Source: Candidatus Hodarchaeota archaeon (lineage in GTDB: Archaea; Asgardarchaeota; Heimdallarchaeia; Hodarchaeales; Hodarchaeaceae). From it: a stretch of DNA of 50,522 nucleotides. Where the stretch lies: assembly GCA_029856365.1 (NCBI GenBank), contig JAHQWW010000018.1, positions 1-50,522 on the forward strand, in the 5' to 3' direction. Both the position numbers and the translations under genes were made by a program. This document shows, piece after piece, positions 10,036 to 17,970 of the stretch; positions within the stretch are counted from its first letter, which is position 1, and each line of letters begins with the position of its first letter. The notes under the pieces are model-generated. The model was not told where the DNA came from. It saw only the letters and a program-made list of their open reading frames with translations, and did no database searches.

Positions 10036-10659
10036 CTACTGGTTTTTAAGCATCTTATCAAATGTTGTTACAAGATCTAATCTGTCAAGAGAGAGAATGA
10101 CATCCCCTCGGGTTTTTTCTGTTATGTTTCGTACAAAATCGGTCTTTTTTCTTAGATTGAATGTTAATCCATCAGGGTAATCTAATGTAATTAAATGCGA
10201 ATAGAGCTCATCCATCATATCAAGTGCTTCAATTGCAGTCTCTTTCTCCTTTTTTCTAAGAGAATCAAGAGCTACTCTGCGCAGTTCACCAATAAAATCA
10301 GGAATGCCATGAAGATAAGCCAAATAAGGTATTTTCAAGTCGAGATAACTGGGGAAAGGTTTTTTCTGAAGAAAAGAGCAAAGAAAAACTGATTCTGCAT
10401 ACTCTTGATTACAGGATAAAAGCATACCAAAAGGGGATGGATTCATTCGTTGAGCAAGATCATTAATCCTAGCAATCAAAGTACTATTTTTCTCAATCAT
10501 TTTAATCGCTGTACTCATTTCTTTCCGATGTAAATGTCGAATAGCAATTGATGAATTACGAATTGCCAATCGTCCTAATTTTATTAGTTCCTCTCGCGCC
10601 TCGTTATCAAGTTCCATCTTTTCCCGTATTTCTGAAAACATTTCTTCAATTTCAACCAT
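10036..10659 (-). CDS. Translin/TRAX (archaeal C3PO-like) protein
   Basis: REELIK..R, QEYAES, YLHGIPDFIGELRR, LRKKTD. Confidence 0.85.
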   Translation of the reverse strand: MVEIEEMFSEIREKMELDNEAREELIKLGRLAIRNSSIAIRHLHRKEMSTAIKMIEKNSTLIARINDLAQRMNPSPFGMLLSCNQEYAESVFLCSFLQKKPFPSYLDLKIPYLAYLHGIPDFIGELRRVALDSLRKKEKETAIEALDMMDELYSHLITLDYPDGLTFNLRKKTDFVRNITEKTRGDVILSLDRLDLVTTFDKMLKNQ

Positions 10660-10777
10660 TTTTATTACCTAATTTTTTGTAAGATCCTCTCCCATGGATC
10701 ATTATAATTGTAATTGAGATAAAATCATATATAATATTAATTTATTTTCCCAAGGTTGCTTTTGTTTATTTCATACA

Positions 10778-10862
10778 TGCGGGGGGTGAGATTTGAACTC
10801 ACGAACGCCTATGCGACTGGATCCTAAGTCCAGCTCCTTTGACCTGGCTGGGAAACCCCCGC
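10778..10862 (-). tRNA. tRNA-Leu(TAG)
   Basis: Reverse complement GCGGGGG...CTGGA-CTTAGGA-TCCAG, long variable arm, GTGAG-TTCAAAT-CTCAC, CCCCCGC-A; 85 nt. Confidence 0.95.
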
Positions 10863-10870
10863 TATGCTTT

Positions 10871-11182
10871 CTATAATTCCAGGTTTATGCCTACTGCTTG
10901 GCGAATTAGTTCTGCAAGGGGATCTTTGGCGTCTTTTTGTTTTATTGGTAATTCCATTATGATAGGGAAAGGATTTTTTGCTATAAATTCAGTAATTTCT
11001 TGGTGATAACGTTCAGCAATGTCAGGAGTAATCAAGATAATACTAATGTCCTTCCGTAACCATAAACTAGATAAAATTTTGTAAGGGTTTTCATGATCTT
11101 CCTCTAAAGGATAGACTTCTCCTATCCCGGCTAATTTAAGCCAATTACATGTTTCAGGATCGCCAATAGCAGTTATATAGAT
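10871..11182 (-). CDS. atpF: A/V-type ATP synthase subunit F (missed by ORF track; probable ATC start)
   Basis: Manual translation: (M)YITAIGDPETCNWLKLAGIG...DISIILITPDIAE...FPIIMELP...DPLAELIRQAVGINLEL*, the subunit F pattern. GAGGTGA SD lies 6 nt before ATC. Confidence 0.85.
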   Translation of the reverse strand: MYITAIGDPETCNWLKLAGIGEVYPLEEDHENPYKILSSLWLRKDISIILITPDIAERYHQEITEFIAKNPFPIIMELPIKQKDAKDPLAELIRQAVGINLEL

Positions 11183-11196
11183 ACCCTTTCACCTCA

Positions 11197-11511
11197 TTAC
11201 TCTTCAAGAATGGCGCGAATTACAATATCAATCGCTTTTTCTTTATTTTTGGAAGCTTGTTCTTCTAACTCCTTTTTACGGTTTTTTGTTTGAGCTTCAA
11301 GCTCCTTAATTTTAGCTTGATAATTCTCATGAATCTTTTTTAGTTGATCAGTCTCTACGTCTGATTTTGTTGTACCTGCTTGTTTGAGTATCTCTTTGGC
11401 TTCTGAACGGGCCTTATCAATAATCTTTTGAGCTTCAAGAGTAGCTTCATTGATTATATTTTCAGCCTTTTTTTCTGCATCCCGAATAAGATGTAATAGG
11501 TCACCAGTCAT
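11197..11511 (-). CDS. atpH: A/V-type ATP synthase subunit H (G-like peripheral stalk)
   Basis: IRDAEKKAENIINEATLEAQKIIDKARSEA coiled-coil pattern, 104 aa, adjacent to atpF. Confidence 0.7.
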   Translation of the reverse strand: MTGDLLHLIRDAEKKAENIINEATLEAQKIIDKARSEAKEILKQAGTTKSDVETDQLKKIHENYQAKIKELEAQTKNRKKELEEQASKNKEKAIDIVIRAILEE

Positions 11512-11542
11512 TGTTAAGAACTCAGATATTAGTTAAGGTTAG

Positions 11543-11617
11543 TGGGTCGGAGCAGATTTGAACTGCTGACTTCTTGGGTGTAAGCCAAGTGTCATAACCA
11601 GGCTAGACCACCGACCC
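11543..11617 (-). tRNA. tRNA-Val(TAC)
   Basis: Reverse complement GGGTCGG TGGTCTAGCCTGGTTATGAC A CTTGG-CTTACAC-CCAAG ... AGCAG-TTCAAAT-CTGCT CCGACCC-A. Confidence 0.95.
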
Positions 11618-11803
11618 TTTCTACGGTTATTAGAGGCGTTCTACCACTGATTGAAAGATTTATTCCTGTTCTAACCTACATTGCCTTTTTAGGAAAAGGA
11701 ATTTATAATTTATTGCTTTTCGCAAATTGTATCTTCCACTATCAAGAAGAAGTAATTTTCTTTAAGTGACAACAATAATCTAAAAAAGAAGGATCATTGC
11801 GAA

Positions 11804-12871
11804 ATGGGCACTCAAATTGGAAAATTGTTAACTAAATGTCGTGTTAAGATTGAATATTCCGATTTACATGGAAAAAGGATCGGAATCGATGCTTATAATA
11901 TGATTTATGCCTTTTTAGCCCCTATCCGGTACAGACAAACTGGAGGGGGATTTCTTACTGATGCGGATGGCAATGTTACTAGTCATCTCTCTGGTCTCTT
12001 TTATAGAATGACGAATCTTTTACCTTATAATATTCGCCCTGTTTTTATTTTTGATGGTAAACCTCCAGTTTTCAAAGAAAAAGAGATCGAAATCAGAAAA
12101 GGTCGGAAAGAAGAAGCTGCATTAAAACGCGAAGAAGCTCTGGCCATGGGAGATCTTGAGAGTGCAATGAAATTTGCCGCAGTGACTTCTAAAATTACCC
12201 CTCAAATAATTGATGATTCAAAACGACTTATCGAATATTTTGGGATTCCTTCACTTCAAGCTGCTTCAGAGGCTGAAGCCCAAGGGGCCTATATGGTACA
12301 AAAGGGAATACTTGACGCAATGGCTTCTCAAGATTACGATTCTTTTTTATTTGGGAGCCCTGAAGTTATCCGTAATTTAACTGTGACAAGGAGAAGGGTA
12401 GCAACGAAACAAGAAAGCTTTGAATTAACTCCAGAAAAGGTAAATTTTAAGGCACTACTTGAAGAATTACAGTTAGATAATAGAGACCAATTAATTATGC
12501 TTGGGCTTCTTGTTGGAACTGATTATAATCCTGGAGGGATAAAAGGAATTGGACCAAAAACTGCTTTAAAATTAATTCATAAATATAGAACGCCAAATTC
12601 CCTCCTCGAATATCTAGATTCAAAATATTCCATCAATGAAGTTTTTCCACATCCTCCAACAGGATTATTAGATTATTTTAGATCTCCCGAAGTAGATGAA
12701 GATATTAAATTCACTTTCCGAAAGCCACAGATTTCTAAAATTAAGGAGTTTCTCGTAGAAGAACGGGACTTCAGTAACGAAAGAATTGAAAGACAACTTG
12801 AAAGAATGGTCTCGAAAAGACGTAAAATCAAACAAAAAACCGATCAGCTGGCTCTTGACAAATTTTTTTAG
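11804..12871 (+). CDS. fen: Flap endonuclease 1
   Basis: IDAYN..Y.FL..IR, TSHLSG.FYR, FDGKPP..K, EAEAQ, SQDYDS.LFG, GTDYNPGG.KGIGPK; C-terminal PIP-like QLALDKFF. Confidence 0.95.
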   Translation: MGTQIGKLLTKCRVKIEYSDLHGKRIGIDAYNMIYAFLAPIRYRQTGGGFLTDADGNVTSHLSGLFYRMTNLLPYNIRPVFIFDGKPPVFKEKEIEIRKGRKEEAALKREEALAMGDLESAMKFAAVTSKITPQIIDDSKRLIEYFGIPSLQAASEAEAQGAYMVQKGILDAMASQDYDSFLFGSPEVIRNLTVTRRRVATKQESFELTPEKVNFKALLEELQLDNRDQLIMLGLLVGTDYNPGGIKGIGPKTALKLIHKYRTPNSLLEYLDSKYSINEVFPHPPTGLLDYFRSPEVDEDIKFTFRKPQISKIKEFLVEERDFSNERIERQLERMVSKRRKIKQKTDQLALDKFF

Positions 12872-12883
12872 GTTTATTCTGCT

Positions 12884-13567
12884 TTAAACGCCATATTTGC
12901 CTCTTAATGGTACGAAGGCAACTGATGACAATCTTTCTTCAACTATTTCAGTATCACTGACTTTCCGATACCGATTCATCTGTTGCCATAATCCTGGTCG
13001 ACCTATAGGCATTACTAACGTTCCATTAACCCGTAGTTGCTTTATTAAAGGAGGAGGAACAGTTGGTCCAGCAGCTGTTAAAATAACCCGATCATAAGGC
13101 GCTTCCTCTTCATAGCCTAATGTACCATCGCCTTCAATGACAGTAACTGCTTGATTAAACCCAGCTTGAGTAAGGTTCTTCCTAGCAAACTCCACTAATT
13201 TAGGTACAATTTCTATCGAGTAAACATGACCAGGAGCTTCATCAGCAGCTACAATTGCTGCGATTAATGCAGCCTGGTAACCAGATCCTGCTCCTATCTC
13301 AAGGATTCTTTGACCAGGAGCTAGTTCGAGGTAATCCAAAATCATAATGGTCATGTGGGGAGCAGAGATTGTTTGCCCTGTATTCATCAATGGTAATGGA
13401 TGGTCTAAGTATGCTGAGGAGGACATTTTTTCTGGAATAAATTTCTCACGTGGAACTTGTAGGAAAGCATCAAAGGCTTTCTCGTCTTTAACGTACCCTC
13501 TTCGCCGGTAATGATCAATTAATTGTTCTTTTCTCGCCTTATAATCTGTCATTTTAATTTCCCTCAT
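12884..13567 (-). CDS. pcm: Protein-L-isoaspartate O-methyltransferase
   Basis: VPRE.F, GQTISAPHM, LEIGAGSGYQAA, GDG..G..E.APYD, V.FVPL. Confidence 0.95.
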   Translation of the reverse strand: MREIKMTDYKARKEQLIDHYRRRGYVKDEKAFDAFLQVPREKFIPEKMSSSAYLDHPLPLMNTGQTISAPHMTIMILDYLELAPGQRILEIGAGSGYQAALIAAIVAADEAPGHVYSIEIVPKLVEFARKNLTQAGFNQAVTVIEGDGTLGYEEEAPYDRVILTAAGPTVPPPLIKQLRVNGTLVMPIGRPGLWQQMNRYRKVSDTEIVEERLSSVAFVPLRGKYGV

Positions 13568-13597
13568 ATTTATGTGAAATCAATTAAAGAATTCCTT

Positions 13598-14701
13598 TTA
13601 GACCAGCTGTAAATCTACATTCACTTGAACTCGAGAGGGTGAAACCGCTCTGCCTATTTTAATATATAGTTCTTTATAAGAATTGATGTTTGCTAGTTCT
13701 GTCGAGATTAAATTACGAATTTGTTCTTCAGGTTTCTCAGATTTTGAAATAAATTGATAGAAAGTAATTATTCCTCCTTTTTTCAGTAATCTAGCAGCAT
13801 AAGGAAGATGCTTCACTGACTCTTGGGGGAGATTTATGATTATTCGATTAAAATAACCTTTTAATTTCAAAATATTTCGAGAATCCCCGATAATAGGATG
13901 AATATTTCCCCGTAGCTTATTTCTCTTAATACTTCTTTGTAATGCATGTATTGCATGGGGATTGATATCGATGGCAACTATTGTACAAGGAGATTCTTTT
14001 GCACAATGTAATGCAAAAGATCCTACACCAGTAAACATATCAAGAATGATGTCACCTGAGATAACGGACATGGCAACACGATGATGCTCTTCAGCTAAAC
14101 GTGGGTTGAAATACGCTCGTTCAAGATCTACAAAAATAAATACCCCATATTCCTGATGCCAACTTTGCCAGACCTTCTCTCCTGCAAGATACTCTATAGG
14201 ATATACCCGTTCAGCTCCTTTAATAAAATCACTTTTATTCACTACAGTCTTAAGTCGGGATGATCGAGATAAAATTAATTCACCCACTCGCTGACGAAAT
14301 GAAAGAGAAGTACAGGATGGGTCCAGCTTCAAGACTGCAATTTCTCCCAATTGGTCGAACTTCAGAGAGATTACCTCCCAATCTACATTTGGAAATTCTT
14401 CTCGAAGGGTCTCAATAATTGGTTCATGTTCTGAACGACTTGGAAATTCCCATACTTGAAATTTGAAAGAAAAATCACTTAAAAGTTTAGGAATTTGTTT
14501 AGGATCAGTGATAGGGAAATATACAAAATCTTGTGTCTTAATTGGCTTCTTATGAAAATAAATGAGATTAGATTTAATCAAACGGAGACGAGCTACTTCA
14601 GCATCTTTGAGGGGAACACCGACTCCTAATATTGGTTGTTGACTTTGTATTGGCCCGACTCTCCGAATATATTTCCTTGTTTGTAACAGACCTACATTCA
14701 T
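13598..14701 (-). CDS. trm5: tRNA (guanine37-N1)-methyltransferase, Trm5 family
   Basis: DQLGEIA, H.EYG..F.VD..AYFNPRL..E, DMFTGVGSF, DINP, INLP. Confidence 0.8.
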   Translation of the reverse strand: MNVGLLQTRKYIRRVGPIQSQQPILGVGVPLKDAEVARLRLIKSNLIYFHKKPIKTQDFVYFPITDPKQIPKLLSDFSFKFQVWEFPSRSEHEPIIETLREEFPNVDWEVISLKFDQLGEIAVLKLDPSCTSLSFRQRVGELILSRSSRLKTVVNKSDFIKGAERVYPIEYLAGEKVWQSWHQEYGVFIFVDLERAYFNPRLAEEHHRVAMSVISGDIILDMFTGVGSFALHCAKESPCTIVAIDINPHAIHALQRSIKRNKLRGNIHPIIGDSRNILKLKGYFNRIIINLPQESVKHLPYAARLLKKGGIITFYQFISKSEKPEEQIRNLISTELANINSYKELYIKIGRAVSPSRVQVNVDLQLV

Positions 14702-14789
14702 CTTATTCTTTATCTTATTGTGTCAAAAAATAATATATATACTTCATGCAAGATAGAAATAAGAAAGAGACAAAAGAAACGGTTATTAA

Positions 14790-14893
14790 CGGGCGCAGAG
14801 GGACTTGAACCCCCGACCAACGGGTTTCTTCAGATTAAATAATTATACTAACCGTTAAGAGCCCGCCGCTCTACCTTGCTGAGCTATGCGCCC
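14790..14893 (-). tRNA. tRNA-Lys(CTT) with 30-nt intron (14826-14855) at canonical position 37/38
   Basis: Reverse complement GGGCGCATAGCTCAGCAAGGTAGAGCG GCGGG-CTCTTA[ACGGTTAGTATAATTATTTAATCTGAAGAA]A-CCCGT TGGTCGGGGGTTCAAGTCCCTCTGCGCCC-G. Confidence 0.92.
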
Positions 14894-15043
14894 TTTGCAA
14901 TGTCATTTTCTCTTTTCAACTGGAGTTATAAAAATAATAGGGTTTCTTTTTTTAAAGATTTTATTGTTCTGTGAAAAAAAAGCTGTTTCCATGTTTTATT
15001 TATTTGCTAAAGCTTGTAACAAGTAATTACCCTAAAACAGATA

Positions 15044-15063
15044 AAACTAATATTTATGAGTAT
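15044..15063. promoter_or_regulatory. Imperfect palindrome, candidate RbkR operator
   Basis: AAACTAATATTTATGAGTAT (ACTnATA-nn-TATnAGT dyad) at the 5' end of the HTH-riboflavin kinase gene. Confidence 0.4.
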
Positions 15064-15799
15064 GAGGACTATTTATATGAATGTCATGATAAAAAGCAAA
15101 AAGAAAGAAAATATTGAGATTGTTGATTATCTAAATCTACTAATTGCAATAGGTAAGATGGGGGGCACTCGTCGTCCAGTTTTCAGTACCACTAGTGAAT
15201 TAGGAAAAAAAGTAGGTATTTCCCAGCAAAGTGTTTCACGAAAACTAACAAAAATGGAAAATGCAGACCTTATCGTACGAAATTACAAACAGCGAGGTAA
15301 TACAATTAAGATCACCCCAAAAGGAATAGCATCACTTGAACGGGTGTTTACAGATCTATGGATGATATTAACTGCGGAGGGACGAGAGCTAACTGAGAAG
15401 ATAACATTAAAAGGAACAGTATGCACAGGAATGGGTGAAGGGGCATATTACATGAGCCAAAAAGTGTATAAAAACCAATTTACTTCACTCCTGGGTTTTG
15501 AACCTTTCACTGGTACTTTAAACTTGCAATTATTAGAAGATTCTAGTTTGAGGAACTTTGAACGAATACTACGCAGTCCCTCAAAGTTTATCAAAGAATT
15601 TACTGAAGACGGACGAAGATTTGGTAAAGTTTTTGTTTGGCCAACTTACCTGTTAATAAAAAATCAAAAAATACCCTCAGCTTTAATTCATCCTGATCGA
15701 ACCCATCATAACAATCAAATTGAATTAATTGCAGAAGAAAATGTCAAAAGAACCTATGGCGTAAAAGATGGGGATGTGCTGGATATTATCTTGCGATAA
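15056..15799 (+). CDS. ribK: CTP-dependent riboflavin kinase with N-terminal wHTH (RbkR-type)
   Basis: N-terminal HTH (ELGKKVGISQQSVSRKL), G.V.TG.GEG.YY, LGFEPF.GTLN, PDRTHH, ELIA. The true start may be a downstream ATG. Confidence 0.9.
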   Translation: MSMRTIYMNVMIKSKKKENIEIVDYLNLLIAIGKMGGTRRPVFSTTSELGKKVGISQQSVSRKLTKMENADLIVRNYKQRGNTIKITPKGIASLERVFTDLWMILTAEGRELTEKITLKGTVCTGMGEGAYYMSQKVYKNQFTSLLGFEPFTGTLNLQLLEDSSLRNFERILRSPSKFIKEFTEDGRRFGKVFVWPTYLLIKNQKIPSALIHPDRTHHNNQIELIAEENVKRTYGVKDGDVLDIILR

Positions 15800-15819
15800 T
15801 CTGATGTTTATTTCAACAT

Positions 15820-16515
15820 TTATTCAAAAGAATGCTCATCAAGGTTCTTAATTTTTAAGGAAGATTTTTCATTAGGAATTCTCGCTTCTAATTTGAGAAT
15901 TTCGATATTTTCGAGCCCATAGTCACTTAATAATTTGGATAATTTAGTTTCGGAAAGAGATTGATCATACCCCAATACAATAACATCTGGTTTAACAGTA
16001 ACGACTATATCTAGGAATTTATTTGGATCAGGTGTTCCTTCCCGAACTACATCAACTATATCTACATGTGAAAGTAATTCTATCCGATTTACTTGGCTGT
16101 TAAGAGGAGGACGTCCTTTATTTAATTTCACAGTCTTATCAGAAGCTACAACAACAAATAGTAAATCACCATGACTTTTTGCTTCATTTAATGTCTTCAA
16201 GTGACCTAGATGTACGATGTCAAAGACTCCCCCTGTTAGAACTATCTTTAAATTGTTCTTACCACCTTCTGTTATAGAATAATGCTCTGGTGGATCTGTT
16301 ACTGATTTTATCATATGAAGACTTTTCAGTACCGACAAAAGTGCTAATCCTTCATCCCGTGTTCGTTTCAGACTACTTGCAAAATCAGATACACTAAAAC
16401 TCCCTTTTTTAAATGTTAACAAGTAAGCTGTTTTTAAAAATTCCTTAAGAAGTGCATGGAACGCCTCATTGGATTGTGATTCACTTTTCATCTCGAACAA
16501 CCCGCAATCAAACAA
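15820..16515 (-). CDS. ribL: FAD synthase (cytidylyltransferase family) with N-terminal wHTH-like domain
   Basis: GGVFDIVHLGH (HxGH), VVASD, KGRPP, PDVIVLGYDQ, SS..IK. The ~85-aa N-terminal extension ends in YSITEGG (wing pattern). Confidence 0.75.
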   Translation of the reverse strand: MFDCGLFEMKSESQSNEAFHALLKEFLKTAYLLTFKKGSFSVSDFASSLKRTRDEGLALLSVLKSLHMIKSVTDPPEHYSITEGGKNNLKIVLTGGVFDIVHLGHLKTLNEAKSHGDLLFVVVASDKTVKLNKGRPPLNSQVNRIELLSHVDIVDVVREGTPDPNKFLDIVVTVKPDVIVLGYDQSLSETKLSKLLSDYGLENIEILKLEARIPNEKSSLKIKNLDEHSFE

Positions 16516-16571
16516 GTTTTTAGAATCTTATTAAATAGTATCAGCCATAATTTTATTTTCAAAAGCAGCAG

Positions 16572-17384
16572 CTATTTATATACTCCTTGATTTGACAATT
16601 GGACTTTCCATAAAGTTTTCACAGTTTCTTCTTCAGTAAAATGTAGTGCCTCAGCACAAACTATCAGAGCTTGAGGAGGACCAATTTTTCCCCAAGCTAA
16701 TGTTGTCACTTTGTCAGCAGCACCAGCCGAAATAACCTCCCTTTCAGTTCCAATGTGAGCCAAACCAACTAATAAGTCAGTTTTTATGAAAACATTTTCT
16801 TTTCTTTTTTCTTCTAATTCCAATAGAATGGAAATTGCTTCATTCACCGCGAGGAACTCTCCAGTAATTAGATCAATATCTAGAAGAACTAGTGTATGAG
16901 CTCCTATTTGTTTATTAAGTTTGATTACTTTATATGGAAATTCACTTGCATTATGAGGAAAGGGACAGGTTACTGTCCTGCCAAAACGATATGCTGACAA
17001 CCCAGAAACAGAAGCAGCAGCAGTTACTATAGAAGAATTATGGATAATCCGACATTTAAAACCTCTTTTGATTGCTGCTATTCTGAGAGAATTATGGGTT
17101 GTTGCAATAAAAGGATCTCCAGGAATTAAAATGGCTGCAGACTTTCCCTTAATGTTTTCTAAAAATAACTGATCATCATCTTCCAAATCTTTTCGGGAGA
17201 CAATGGTAATTTTTGGTTTAATTTGTTTCAGGAGTGGGGGAATTTCTCTAGGGACAAAATTGGTATATTGCTCAATGAAAACCTTATCAATATTTGTCAA
17301 GATATCAAGAGTTTCTAAAGTACAACTCTTGAGTCCTGATAATCCCATACCAATGAAAAAGAGCTCTGTTTCAGCTTTACGCAC
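16572..17384 (-). CDS. dph5: Diphthine synthase
   Basis: LFFIG.GL, EQYT, GDPFIATTH, N.SI, GLS.YRFGRTVT.PF, HTLVLLDI, LHFTE.E. Confidence 0.93.
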   Translation of the reverse strand: MRKAETELFFIGMGLSGLKSCTLETLDILTNIDKVFIEQYTNFVPREIPPLLKQIKPKITIVSRKDLEDDDQLFLENIKGKSAAILIPGDPFIATTHNSLRIAAIKRGFKCRIIHNSSIVTAAASVSGLSAYRFGRTVTCPFPHNASEFPYKVIKLNKQIGAHTLVLLDIDLITGEFLAVNEAISILLELEEKRKENVFIKTDLLVGLAHIGTEREVISAGAADKVTTLAWGKIGPPQALIVCAEALHFTEEETVKTLWKVQLSNQGVYK

Positions 17385-17467
17385 TTTTGGTCATCTGTTA
17401 AGAAATGTGAATCTATACTGCTGTACGATTAGGAATTATTTAACCTTTTTCTGGAAGATAACCATAG

Positions 17468-17965
17468 CTAGAGTTTTCCTTCCCAAATTGAATCACCAAG
17501 ATAGTGGATATTATGAATAACTTTCCCTTTTAAGCTAAGAAGTTCTTTCGAGGATTTTAAACTCTTTCCAAGAGCTAATACTGCATCTTGAGGATTAGAA
17601 ACAATTACAATACTATTGACATTGAATTCATGGTTCATAGAAGTAATTCCTTGGGCAAAAACGTCCGCACCGTTTAAGATATGCTGAACTGCTCCTTGAT
17701 CAACCTTTACGATAGGAAAATCAATGTGTGGATTCTCTCTAATAAATTGTATAGTTGGTAAATACCTATTCTCAAATAAAAAAAAACGAACTTCGTAGTT
17801 TCGATTAAAAAGCAGGTTATTTAAGTTTTCATCATCTTCGCTGATAAATTGAATATTTTCTTTCAAAACACTAACTGAGATATTAGGTGCAAAAATCGCT
17901 GTTATAATCTTTTTTCTTAATTTTGATCCAACTTCTTTTTTGGCAGGCATGAAATTCCAAACCAT
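17468..17965 (-). CDS. PUA-domain RNA-binding protein (MCT-1/Tma20-like)
   Basis: YLPTI, P.V.VD.GAV..ILNGADVF..GI, GK.I.NIHYLGD.IW. Confidence 0.85.
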   Translation of the reverse strand: MVWNFMPAKKEVGSKLRKKIITAIFAPNISVSVLKENIQFISEDDENLNNLLFNRNYEVRFFLFENRYLPTIQFIRENPHIDFPIVKVDQGAVQHILNGADVFAQGITSMNHEFNVNSIVIVSNPQDAVLALGKSLKSSKELLSLKGKVIHNIHYLGDSIWEGKL

Positions 17966-17970
17966 ACCTT

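Noticed and set aside
11189-11197. atpF starting at ATG 11197 with TGA readthrough, or at out-of-frame GTG
   Set aside because: The TGA is part of the GAGGTGA SD, and the family N-terminus aligns with the ATC codon. Kept only as an alternative.
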